Origin: Tubulanus polymorphus
Lineage: Eukaryota > Animalia > Nemertea
Direction: 5' to 3'
DNA: 64,000 nucleotides
Assembly: GCF_964204645.1 (NCBI RefSeq)
Contig: NC_134029.1
Coordinates: 20,702,950 to 20,766,949, forward strand
Of the stretch, positions 1 to 11,641 are shown one piece after another. Within the stretch, counting starts at the first letter, position 1, and every line of letters begins with the position of its first letter. Made by a program: the position numbers and the translations under genes. Below the pieces are notes generated by a model. The model saw only the letters and a list, made by a program, of their open reading frames with translations, was not told the origin of the DNA and ran no database searches.

Positions 1-549
1 GAAAATCCATCAGATATCAAAACAATACAACGATACAAAGAAATGCTTTACTGCAGGTGTTATCAGCATTTCACTGAATCCTGAACGAATCAGATGAGTA
101 CTATTTTCCAAATAAATTAAACTAATCTTGATAAAATTAGTAGCATTACTAACACACGGTTCTTACAGATTAGTGATTCCATGATTCCCCTGATATTTCC
201 AGGACCCTTGACTGAACACTTTCTGATAGAATTTAGAGGTAGCTTAAGCGGAGGACTGTTTCTTGAGGTTCCTCGTGCCTTTCTCACCAGCGAGAAACAT
301 AAGACACAAAAAATTCAAATTTCTCAAGACTTATATGCCTAATTTTCAAGTAATGAGTGAGAAAATAAGTCTGGAATTTCGCAATTTTCCCCGATCAGTA
401 AGAATCTGTGCTACAGCCATTGAGAGTTTGACAATAGGCCTACTTAGTTAAGATGAATGGTACCGAAGAGTGATAACAACCTGCTGCCATTAATGTTACC
501 ACTAAACAAAAGCAAAATTATCAAAATTCTCTATGTGATCGATTTTTAC

Positions 550-1704
550 CTGATCTGTAGCTCCTTCCAACAACATGTTAATCGCTTTATTCATATCGAA
601 GTCACAGTCGTGCAATACGATGACGACTTCATCTTGACTTTTGTGAGTCATTTCTTGAACCTGGATGAAAATGACAAATCGATGATGATACGATAAAAAG
701 GCGTTTACCTCTGATGCGATTTTCTAATCTATCCTTGAATATGCGGGTACAAACCTGCTTTATAATTTTGAGCTTCAAATCTTCCGTGTGATCTGTTTTG
801 TCTGATATAATCTGTGCAATACGCATCTGCTCTGCCGTAGCCTGTTAACAAACAATTACAAGATTCAAAATCCAGATCATCATCAGTGACAATACATAAT
901 AAAATCCAGGGGATGATTCTTCAAAATACAACGGTTTCTTTTTAATAATCATTGCCAACATTTAACAATCTCCTGTCCTTAAGTTGACTAGGTTAACACA
1001 GCTGTTATTGTAATGACTGAACCCCCCCTCATACAACCTACACACTACTGCTATACACTTCGCAGCATCAGATAGCAAAGACATAATAAACTACAGCCAT
1101 TTGCCTGAACCCACATAGATGTCTAACTAAGGCGAATGTCTACTCTCTATCTATGAGAAGGATTGCTGGTTGATGGTAACCGGTTTTAACTAATGGCTGC
1201 AATTTCAGGTTCCCAAATAGTGTCCCTAACTCTTAACTAGCAACACTGGCGCCTTAGCAGAAAGGTCACTTGCAGCCTTATAACACTCAAATAATAAATA
1301 CCATAGCACTTAATGTGGCTCTTCAAAAAGTTAAGACCCTGCCAGCTGTCCAAGTCCAAAAGTGGTTTTAAATCTTAAGACTGGTCTCAAGTTGTTAGTT
1401 CGGCAATAGAACTTAGTTGGTCCTAGACAGGTCTTAAGTCTAAACCATGACTATACAACCAGCCCCTGGACTCAGTTGCAGTCATGACTGAAGTATGAGT
1501 GGTCTTAAATCCAAAGACAGGTATTTATGATCAATTGGCTATAGAACTAGGATTGCCTTAAATCTAAGCCTTGATTGCGCAACTTGCCTACGAATTACTC
1601 ACTTTAAGCTTTGTATTTGAAACATCTTTATTGGGTACTTGTGTCTGTTGTTGTGGTTTCGGCTTCTCCCTTGTGTTAGCACGCTGGGTGCTTTTAGCAC
1701 TCAT
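550..1704 (-). CDS. UBAP2L: Ubiquitin-associated protein 2-like / lingerer, N-terminal coding exons (gene continues past the left edge)
   Basis: Three in-frame exons with GT-AG boundaries: 1704-1603 (MSAKSTQRANTREKPKPQQQTQVPNKDVSNTKLK), 841-755 (ATAEQMRIAQIISDKTDHTEDLKLKIIKQ) and 660-550 (VQEMTHKSQDEVVIVLHDCDFDMNKAINMLLEGATDQ). These match the UBAP2/UBAP2L ATAEQxRxAQ motif and UBA domain (..LHDCxxDxNxAINxLLEG). Confidence 0.9.
1340..1588. mobile_element. Degenerate palindromic MITE-like elements in a UBAP2L intron
   Basis: Imperfect inverted repeats (CTTAAGACTGGTCT...AGACAGGTCTTAAG) and a terminus CAACCAGCCCCTG resembling the other GGCCC/CWG-flanked MITEs in this window. Confidence 0.4.
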
Positions 1705-2174
1705 TCTGAATTCACTATATACAAAAGGGACTATTTACAAAAATCTGAAAACGATAAAACGGACATAATCAGTTAAGCTTTGAAATCATATAGGTTTACC
1801 AAGTATCAAATCATTAGCATTTTTTCAGAGTTAGAATAAATAGTAGAAACCGTGCGCTGCACGCAGGGTAGAAGAAAAGCATATCCCCCTAATGCAGAGT
1901 ACAGGCCTGTAGCGGGAGAAATTCATACGCAGGTGGGTTTGTTTCTAATTTGGTAGATTGGAACTCAATGGGGTTCTGGTAAACCTTCATAATTTTGATG
2001 CCGAGATATGGCCACCACTAAGCGTTGATATGATCAACGAACACATTCCATACATTATAGGCTACACGTAGACTTATCTGTGGGGCGTAAAGTATATATA
2101 GGTTTCACTTCGAGATCAAAAACAAAAGTGGAACATTATTTTAGTAGTACGATTGTCACGGGAAGAAATATCTG

Positions 2175-2244
2175 TCCTCCCCGAGGTTCGAACTCTCGAT
2201 GCCTGGCGTACAAGGCAGACGCTCTACTGCTGAGCCAAAGAGAA
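2175..2244 (-). pseudogene. tRNA-derived sequence (tRNA-Thr(TGT)-like pseudogene or SINE head)
   Basis: The minus strand reads TTCTCTTTGGCTCAGCAGTAGAGCGTCTGCCTTGTACGCCAGGCATCGAGAGTTCGAACCTCGGGGAGGA. It has an A box, a B box (GTTCGAAC), an acceptor stem with several G-U pairs and a CTTGTAC loop. The anticodon and T stems contain mismatches. Confidence 0.5.
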
Positions 2245-2854
2245 TATTCCGGCTAGCTGAGCTAGTAGGAACGCTGTTATACACCCTGTCACTGAAACGT
2301 GTTGAACGGATAATAAGATATTATACCCTTATTTTATTGCGGGCCTGCAGTATATAGCCATTTTTAATAGCTGTCTTTCCGGTTTCGAGTAAACCATAGG
2401 TATACCATTAAGTATTCAGACTACCACACACCTTGTCACTAAGTATGGCTATTTTTCATTCAAATTATATTGTCATTTGTTGATTTGAAATCTGACTACT
2501 CGGACTCTCCAGACAATGTCAGTCAAACAGCCAGATCAACATTCGTCCAACATTTAAGTACAGGTTCGATTCTAAATGCATTGAATAAATCGAAAATATT
2601 CTACAATAAACGAGAATAAAAGACAAGAGGGCACATGCTTTTTTCATTCATTCCAACACCACACACGGCACGCAGTACAAACCACACAACAAAGTGCGGA
2701 GTAAATTCACACGATGACCGCGCTGTAACCAGAGACACGCTCTCTAGATCAAATCCACCACAATCCAGCCGTCGACGGCAATTTTACGAATACGACGAAT
2801 GTACCGTGGTCATCGGTATACTTTACGTATTTTCTGAAATTTCCTTTATATTTT

Positions 2855-2965
2855 ACTTCTTACCTGGAAAACTGCGCTCATGAAAGCAGCCAGAATGTCA
2901 CGTGACGCACGGAGAATTCGCGCTATCGGAAATCTACGGAAATCTACGGAGATGACGTCGTCGTC
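2855..2965 (-). promoter_or_regulatory. Probable non-coding first exon and promoter of UBAP2L
   Basis: Minus-strand donor CAG|GTAAGA at about 2864, a palindromic E-box GTCACGTGAC (2897-2906), tandem CGGAAATCTA repeats and a CRE-like TGACGTCG, all in a CpG-rich patch. Confidence 0.5.
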
Positions 2966-5900
2966 GATCACGGATTCCGATCGCCTTTGTTTACGAAATG
3001 TATATCAGCACTTTTGTTGATAACAATAGCCGAATTCAAGAAAAATACAAATTTTTGGTTCTAGTGTTTTTGATATTAATGAACTTTTCCGGAATTTCCC
3101 GAACATTCTGCGGGCGGACAAAGAATGATACCGGTTGTTTGGTTTATATCGGAGTATTCCACAATATGTGAACAGTGGCCGGAGGCATTTTCAGCTGCGA
3201 TTGCTCGCCTCCCTGTGCATGATATCTAAACCAAGCGTTCTCAAATTCACTGAATCCGGGACCCACGAATCAATGGCGCGTGCTCGTCATTTTTTATCTA
3301 ACCTTTTATGCATGTATTATGGTATTTTCTACACATCCCTTACAGGAAAAGAATAAAATAGTTTATTTCTCTCGGCTAACCAGCATTTACAGAGGTTACA
3401 AGATTTTATACTATAAAAAATGTAATTTACGAAACTTAAAACAAGAAACAAAAATGCACAGGATAGAATAATAATGGAGATAACATACAATTCATTCAAG
3501 TTACTTGAGGCCAACAATGCTTTACAATACAATGCATTTGATAACAGCTAACACCATCTATCGGAATTAAATCAAAACTAAAGACGAATATTTTCTAAGA
3601 AAAAACTCCTGAATGAAGGAAAAGGAATTCTAGTAACTGAGAAAAAGTGAAAAGATTTGCACTACCTTCATAATGGTGAAAAAAAAGTAAAGTTCATTAT
3701 ACAGAATTTCTTATTGGTCTTTTTTTTTTAATAATCACACTAACATCGAATCGGTTGACATTGAAATACCACTACATAAACTCGAAGTTGTCACCTTCAG
3801 CATTAAAATCTAATGGAAGTTAACTATTGTTTACAATTTTTGCGGCCTATATACGGGCTGGACAATCTACCAAACATTAAAATTCGCAATTAGCCGCGAG
3901 TAACTTCAATCCGCATCATACGCTAGCCTCCGACAGAGTAGAGTGAATGCTAAGAGCAGATATCACTTGTTTCTCCAAGAGAACCTCGTGAGATGTGTCT
4001 ATTCATAAAATTTCGTAGCTAAGATTTAGGTCAAATGTACGGAATTTTTCTATATTTTTTTTCAACAATCAAATAACACCGAATCAGACGGAATGAAAAC
4101 TTTAGTACATACCAAACTACGCCCTGGTATCGAGCAATGTTAGTTCGATTAATTTTTATGACCTGGCGTTGGCGAAAGCGATGTTTCGCATGTTAAGATC
4201 TATGGATAGATGATCTTCCAACTCGAACACAGTACAGACACCGATTTTTCATTGATTGTACTTTTAGGACAGCTTATGCACGTATTTCAACTCAAATTCC
4301 ATGTAACGACCCCCACCGACCAAAATTCTATAACTCCCCAAGGCTTCGATTGCGCTTTTCGCCTTAAACAGTTCCCAACCCACTAAACAAGGCCCTCGCG
4401 AACCTCCAGATTCACTAAGCCCTTCGACTGTTTATTGTTGGTATGATGCAGCCTGAATTGTAAAGTCTTTTTTATGAGTTAATTGTATATCCTATGAAAA
4501 TATCGAATACGGATATTGACTTAAGTCATTCATTGATGTCACTATAAGCAGGCTATGCTTTTAAGGAGTATACTAAGTGTCAGTCAGCTCGTATTGTTTG
4601 AGAAGTTTCATCACCTATAATCATCTTTCGGACATTATCACTCTTTGTATATTTGTCTGTGTAATGTGTCACTTAGTACTTTTGTCAAAAAATTATTTTG
4701 GAGAGCAGAAAAAGAAAAGGTTCGGGTTTAGCCTTTGAACGGATTAGATGTTCAGTTTCGACTTGCCGATATACCTGAAATAAAGCGATATTCGCAATTT
4801 GAAATTGAAATAACGTATTCTCGTCGTGAGTTCCTGGTCGCCGACTTCAGTAACCGTGTGTTCGCAGGGTGCTCTCTAACGTGACCGCGTCCACACCGCT
4901 AACCGGCTTCAAACGCCACAGGTGAGTACTGATGGTCTTCGTGTGTAGAATTTAATTCGCTATGCGTCTGGCATCGAGATAACCGATGGGCAAATAGGTT
5001 TCTTGTATTTTTCTCTCATGAGACTATAAGGGAATTTTTCTTAGTGATTGATCCATCCAGCAGTCCCAACGGGACCGTAACGCGGCCATAAGAGGACAGC
5101 GGAATTGCCATACTTAGTACCATTATAGGGAGTCACCGCTGTAGCAATGAATCTGAGATGAGAATACCGTGTAATTTTTTACGCCTTCGAAATATCCCGG
5201 TGCAGACAAGTGTGGCGTGAGGTGAATAAACAGGTGCGTGTCGTTTTGACATTTGACAGCTGTTTTGTGACCGCGGAAATCGGGTATATCGGACCTCGAC
5301 GTGGTGCGCATTGCTTCGGAAACACTGAGCTAGTTTCATTTTTCTCCGCGTATGAATTAGAAATTAACATCGGGTTCTCCGTCTGATATTCTCTTGTCGA
5401 CAGTCAACATTACATGTTCTTTATTCTGAAAACTGAGCAGTTTATGGCAGATAACGCGATTCCCTTTTTACACATAAAGTCGTCGAAACAAGCGGAATCG
5501 GGCAGAATATATTGCCGGTTATCGGGTGTTGCTACAAACAATGAATTATTAAAACTTGGTACAGGATTTCCGTCTGCGATTCGTCCATTCTATTCATCAT
5601 CTTTTATTCAAACAGGAAACACTTAACAAAGTGTCACAGTTGCTACATTTTGATAGGAAAAAAAACGAGTAAACACTCGAGAATTCTATTCAGCGCAACA
5701 CGTCAGAACTTTGACTTTAAACTGCAACTTGGTCAGATACGCTTAATATAGAAAACCGTTATAGATACACATTTCAAGATGATGATACCAAGCAAAAATT
5801 TTGTGTCATTTTAGTAGCAAAAGTTTTTAAAACTTTCAGTTTTTGAATACTGGTTATTCGACAGATTCGCGTGAAAAAGTAACTAAAATCAGACGACATC

Positions 5901-7796
5901 GCGGTATTTCTTTGCGGATTTCAATTCCTAGCGTTACACATAAAGACATTAATTGATTAATTGCTGGTACATACACCTTCCCCCGTCAGGGATTCGAACC
6001 TGATGGCATCGCGATTGCCAAGTAACTCATCCAAGATAAACCGCTATCTGACTTCTGAATTCTATATTTTCCTGTAATTCTACCTGCTGAAAAAGTCGGA
6101 TTACTCCAACTAATATACTAAGCCTTTTCAAAAGATGTTATATTCCTATAAATCTGAGTCATTATTTAAATGCGATATAGTTGAAAGCCCCCGGACCAAC
6201 TTATATTCTACTTATAGACGATTAGTCTTAGCTCTTGCACCGTTTTTGTTACAGATCCCTAAGAAATGGTCTCATCTAGTCAGTGATCAAGATAACAGTA
6301 TCTTTTGAGTGTTGAAGTAGGGAATTTCCCCTTTACTTCATTTGAGCGATTAATTAATTTTGATTTGATTTTAATAAGGTGTCCTTTACAGACCAACCAC
6401 ACCTGCCGGGAACGAAACAGAGGCTTGCGTCTGATATGAGAAATCGAAGTATGTGCAGATTATAGTTGGATGATCGGTCGAATTTACGTATTTCTGTTTC
6501 AGCACCGCTTCTTCCAACCAGCCTGAACCGATAAGCGACTTGTGGAGGTAAATTTTGATTTCTGCCCAATCTAAACATCGAGATTTGGATAAACTATGAT
6601 AAATACGTACCTGGTTGATTTCAGATCCACCGACAGGTTATATAGCCAACGTTTGGTATCATTTGATTAGAAATGATGGGATTCGTTTGTCATGCGTAGT
6701 GTGGCTATCGAGTTCTCTCACCATAACACATGGAATGGAACTATTCATTTGTTTCCATGATCATGCAAGGATTTCTATGTCCAACAAGAAACCGAATACA
6801 TTTGCTATTTCCTTGTAATGTTTTATTCAAAATAGAAAGCTAAGCCGTACAGTAAACAGATATATATGTCTATAACCGACAGCAGTAAGTCGATACAAAA
6901 TATAATTCAGCAAAAGGTCTTCTCCTGTTATCCGCCTCTGGAGGTTCATATTGCCACTGTTATTTGACTACCCATTTCACATGTCCAGCACAATAAACAT
7001 ATTCTGCTGGAAAGTGATCAGTTCGTCAAGAAACGTCGTGGAACTAAAACATTTTCAATCTAGATCCTCGGTCTCCAATGTGATTTTATTCGTTACTAAA
7101 AGGATCTTCTCTGTTCGGCCATTTTATTATGATATAATATCAATTTCGTCAGTATTTTCGATTGTTATGTATCGGCCAGTTATGTTGGAAAAGGATAACA
7201 TCTGAACAATTCATGTTGATTTTCTAGTCCAAAATTATTCATCAAATAAAACGACAAACAGAATGAATATCAAATTGAATTAAACTTAGAATTTTTCATG
7301 GTTTAGGAATTTATCTTGTTTTTTATTTATTTAGTGTTTCGGTGATCTTGTACGATAGAGTGAGACTTCATCGGCGATTTCATGATGCAGAAAACGAAGA
7401 ATCCGTATTTATTGCATGTTTACGTGAAGATCATTATAAGATCAGTAACAAAATGAATGCGGTTAAACAAGTGTATCACAAGTGGCAGAAGGTAAATTCA
7501 AAGAGCTTGAAAATGTCGGAACCTGTGAATTATAGCTTATCAACTAGTGTATGGAAAATGGGCGACAAAGCGAAATTTTTCATCAAAACTTCACCATATG
7601 TCTCGATATGGCTCCATATATCGTGATATGTCGACATAATCATGGCGATTTGTTGTGTTGGAACGCGACAACTCGAGACCCCTTATCACTTCCAGTCAGC
7701 GGATAAAAAGGATAATCTGTTTTATTAACGGTTGTGCATGGATTTTCCCACTGAAGTGGATGAAATTACATTTTATTTTGCCCCGTAATCCGAGAG

Positions 7797-8774
7797 TTAT
7801 TTCAAACAAATGAAAAGTCGTATAATTTCTTTACGGATCTCACTTCCTGTAGCGATATACAGGAAGAAATTGATCGAGTAATTACTTATATAAAAAACCG
7901 CGAAAATTTCATCCAAAATTTTCAAAGTGTAGCCATCCGTGTTACTCGGTGCAATCTGTATCAACCAATGCGGTAAGGATAGAGCCAAGAATGACGTGGT
8001 CAAAATAAACATCATTACAGTCACCTTACTACTGCGTGACCTTCGTTCTCCGGATGTGTTAGAATCAATGTCGATTCTAAGGAGCTGACAGGTCTTTGCC
8101 GATATGGCACAGTTAAGAATGATAATTCCGATAGATGGAATGTAAACCGATAGGGAACTGTAAAATAGTTTTACATAAATCTTCATATAAGATGGGTAAA
8201 TACATCCCCTGTCCTGTATGTAGTAGATTGGTATAAATGACTCGAATAAAGTAACCAGAACAATCATAAACAAAGACATTCCTGTAACCATGATCCGAGA
8301 ATTTTTGATAGTACAAACACGCCGAACCATGAAAGGAAAAAAAACGCAAATGAATCGTTCAGAAGCGATAGTTGTCATGAACCAAGCGGATAAAGATTGT
8401 CCGGTTGTTGGTACGATACCTGCTATCAAACAGGAGGCTGTTGATTCTATCTTCACTATGAGCGAACCTCCGGTTTGTAGGGAAACGAAATTCACCCAAA
8501 ATAGAAAATATGGAAACAACACTACCGAGTCGGTAACGGCTAATGTAGTCAGGTAAACGGAGAAAGTGTTTCGTCGAAGGTTTTTCGACTGCATGAGAAT
8601 TATCGTTAATGAATTAAACACGAATCCGCCGATGACTAGAACCGGTAAACCGACTAAATGCATCCAGTATTGTGACATTCTCATCTCAGCCACGTTGATG
8701 TAGCGATTCTCAATAACGGCTGGCAAGTACGGAACTGATAAGTCCGAGCTGTTATTTTCATAATCTCCGCCCAT
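7797..8774 (-). CDS. Class A (rhodopsin-like) GPCR, subfamily A copy 1; orphan peptide-receptor-like/chemosensory-like
   Basis: 325-aa single ORF with seven hydrophobic segments, TM2 LAVTD, ERF in place of DRY, TM7 NYSINFFLY (NPxxY variant), and Cys residues at the top of TM3 and in ECL2. Confidence 0.93.
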   Translation of the reverse strand: MGGDYENNSSDLSVPYLPAVIENRYINVAEMRMSQYWMHLVGLPVLVIGGFVFNSLTIILMQSKNLRRNTFSVYLTTLAVTDSVVLFPYFLFWVNFVSLQTGGSLIVKIESTASCLIAGIVPTTGQSLSAWFMTTIASERFICVFFPFMVRRVCTIKNSRIMVTGMSLFMIVLVTLFESFIPIYYIQDRGCIYPSYMKIYVKLFYSSLSVYIPSIGIIILNCAISAKTCQLLRIDIDSNTSGERRSRSSKVTVMMFILTTSFLALSLPHWLIQIAPSNTDGYTLKILDEIFAVFYISNYSINFFLYIATGSEIRKEIIRLFICLK

Positions 8775-9240
8775 GGAAACGAAAAACGAAAAATGTCAAA
8801 TATGACGATTTGTTGACATGATCAGTCGACTGGACGCGATATGTTGTGATGTGTCGGCATTATTAGGACGAATTGTTGCGTTGGGTGAATGCAAGTTTTT
8901 TTCCATTGTAAATGATTTATGAACACTGAATAAAGTGGAGAAATAGAATCGACAAGGAACAAATTATAAAACATATTACATTAAATTCGCGAATCTATTT
9001 CTGAATGAAAATTATTGATGGAAATATTCATTCAAATGAGGCTTTTACGAAACACATAATTCAATTTAACTGCAATTGTCGAAACTTAATGATTTCTATA
9101 TAGAAGGTTTTTCGTTGTATGTTGCAGAATCTGCATTGCTTCAGAACTGTTTTTGAATACGAAACATTTCGCAAATAATTCTAGATCAAGTTCGAAAAAC
9201 TGTTGCAAAGGCAAACACGTCATTTTCATTTACGTTGTCG

Positions 9241-9420
9241 TCATTTTATCGAATTAACACGAGTCAAAGTAAACCCTGTATTGGCAGTTACTATACTCTG
9301 TGGATTGGAAACGAAATTGGAAAAAGCTTATCCGAAAAAGTTCCAAAATGGCCGCTCGGAAATTCGCTCCGCTAATGACGTACAGCAAAAAATTGATAGC
9401 GTTATGAGTATACGATAAGT
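9241..9420 (-). pseudogene. Truncated subfamily-B GPCR remnant (TM7 plus C-tail) with a 1-nt frameshift
   Basis: Near-identical to the 3' end of the 13157-14212 gene (NAINFLLYVISGA..FRAAILELFRIS..TRVNS.K*). It has one extra base in the A-run at about 9321-9326, and the 5' part of the gene is absent. Confidence 0.85.
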
Positions 9421-9966
9421 AGTAGTATACGAATTTAAACGTAGGCTCGTTTTTTGTTTGTCCATTGTTTCGGTCTTATCATGTGATATCATATTGTGAT
9501 ATTGAGTGAGACTTCATGGGTGATTTCATGATGCAGAAAACAAAGGTTCTATATATTTCGTAATATCGCTTGTTTTAGACATTTTAACCCTCGATGCCAA
9601 CAATAGTACAGAGCAACGGGATGTATTTAGGCCTAATGAAGATCATCATTAGATCAGTAACAAAATCGTTACGCAATTGGTTGGCCTGAATGTGGTTAAT
9701 AAGTGTACTCAATATTCTAGAAAGTAAATTTAAAGAGATTGAAAATATTGGAACCGTTGAATTTTAGCTCTTATGATTTAAGGTGCAGTGACTTAGGTAA
9801 TCTAGTTATCCTAATCTAAAGATGCTAATTCCTGTATTATTGAAACTACACACGTTGTGCTGTAGTCAGCGGATGAAAAGGATAATATGTTTTATTAACG
9901 GTGGTGCATCGAATTTTCCCACTGAATTAAATGAAATAACGTTTATTTTTCCCCGCAATCAGAGAG

Positions 9967-10944
9967 CTATTTCAAACGAATGAAAAGCCGTAGAATCTCT
10001 TTACGGATCTCACTTCCTGTAGCGATATACAGGAAGAAATTGATCGAGTAATTACTTATGTAAAAAACCGCGAAAATTTCATCCAGAATTTTGATCGTGT
10101 AGCCATCCGTGTTACTCGGTGCAATCTGTATCAACCAATGCGGTAAGGTTAGGGCCAAGAATGACGTGGTCAAAATAAACATCATTACAGTCACCTTACT
10201 ACTGCGTGACCTTCGTCTTCCGGATGTGTTAGAATCAAGGTCGATTCTAAGGAGCTGACAGGTCTTTGCCGATATGGCACAGTTAAGAATGATAATTCCG
10301 ATAGACGGAACGTAAACCGATAGGGAACTGTAAAATAGTTTTACATAAATCTTCATATAAGATGGGTAAATACATCCCCTGCCCTGTATGTAGTAGATTG
10401 GAGTAAATGACTCGAATAAAGTAACCAGAACAATTATAAACAAAGACATTCCTGTAGCCATGATCCGAGAATTTTTGATAGTACAAACACGTCGAACCAT
10501 GAAAGGAAAAAAGACGCAAATGAATCGTTCAGAAGCGATAGTTGTCATGAACCAAGCGGATAAAGTCTGACCGGTTGTTGGTAAAATAGTTGCTATCAAA
10601 CAAATAGCTGTTGATTCTATCTTCACCACGAGAGAACCACCAGTTTGAAGGGAAATAAAATTTATCCAAAACAGAAAATGTGGTAACAACACAACCGAGT
10701 CGGTAACGGCTAATGTAGTCAGGTAAACGGAGAACGTGTTTCGTCGGAGGTTTTTCGACTGCATGAGAATTATCGTTAATGAATTAAACACGAATCCGCC
10801 GATGACTAGAACAGGTAAACCGACTAAATGCATCCAGTATTGTGACGATCTCATCTCAGAAATGTTGATGTAGCGGTTCTCGATTACGGCTGGCCAGTAA
10901 GTAACCAATAAGTGTGTGCTGTTTATTTCACTATCTCCACCCAT
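9967..10944 (-). CDS. Class A GPCR, subfamily A copy 2
   Basis: 325-aa ORF, a highly similar tandem paralog of 7797-8774 with the same 7TM motifs. Confidence 0.93.
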   Translation of the reverse strand: MGGDSEINSTHLLVTYWPAVIENRYINISEMRSSQYWMHLVGLPVLVIGGFVFNSLTIILMQSKNLRRNTFSVYLTTLAVTDSVVLLPHFLFWINFISLQTGGSLVVKIESTAICLIATILPTTGQTLSAWFMTTIASERFICVFFPFMVRRVCTIKNSRIMATGMSLFIIVLVTLFESFTPIYYIQGRGCIYPSYMKIYVKLFYSSLSVYVPSIGIIILNCAISAKTCQLLRIDLDSNTSGRRRSRSSKVTVMMFILTTSFLALTLPHWLIQIAPSNTDGYTIKILDEIFAVFYISNYSINFFLYIATGSEIRKEILRLFIRLK

Positions 10945-11385
10945 GACAATTGATTCTGAGGCTGCTTATTTCTTCTGACAGAATGAGCTGTTCCTAAATT
11001 GAATTCACTCCCATATATTTGAGTTGAATGGATGGTTTATTTCATTATAAAGTTTATTCTAATAACACTGAATAAAGCTCAGAAATAGAATCAACATTGA
11101 ACAAATTATATAGTATATTACATTCAATTTACGAACGTATTTCGGAAGGAAATTACTGATGGAAATGTTCATTCAAATGATGCGTTTTACGAAACATTCA
11201 ATTTAATTTGCAACGGGTCGAAACCTCCTAATGATGTCTATACAATTGCTTTTCGTAGTATGTTACAGAATCTGCATCGCTCCAGAACTGTTCAAAACAT
11301 TAGATGATACATTTTGCAAATAATACTAGATCAAGTTCGAAAAACTGTTGCAAAGGCAAACACGTCATTTTCCTTTACGTTGTTG

Positions 11386-11631
11386 TCATTTCATTGAATT
11401 AACACGAGTCAAAGTAAACCCTGTATTGGCAGTTACAATACTCTGGGGATTGGAAACGAAATTGGAAAAGCTTATCCGAAAAAGTTCCAAAATGGCCGCT
11501 TTGAACTTCGCTTGACTAATGACGTACAGCAAAAAATTAATAGCGTTATTAGTATATGACAATAGGTACAAACTTTCGTAGATAAGTTCTTGGTGAATTC
11601 GTGACAAACGCTCAACTTTGATTTTGCCCAT
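11386..11631 (-). pseudogene. Truncated subfamily-B GPCR remnant (ECL3-TM7-C-tail) with an open frame
   Basis: Matches the end of the 13157-14212 gene from KVE.LSRI.QELIYESLY to the stop. It is fused at about 11620 to the 3' flank of GPCR A copy 3, which supplies an ATG, giving an 81-aa ORF. Confidence 0.8.
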
Positions 11632-11641
11632 AATCGGAGAG

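Noticed and set aside
5975-6005. tRNA gene (GGGATTCGAACC B-box-like motif)
   Set aside because: No A box or cloverleaf; more likely a repeat fragment.
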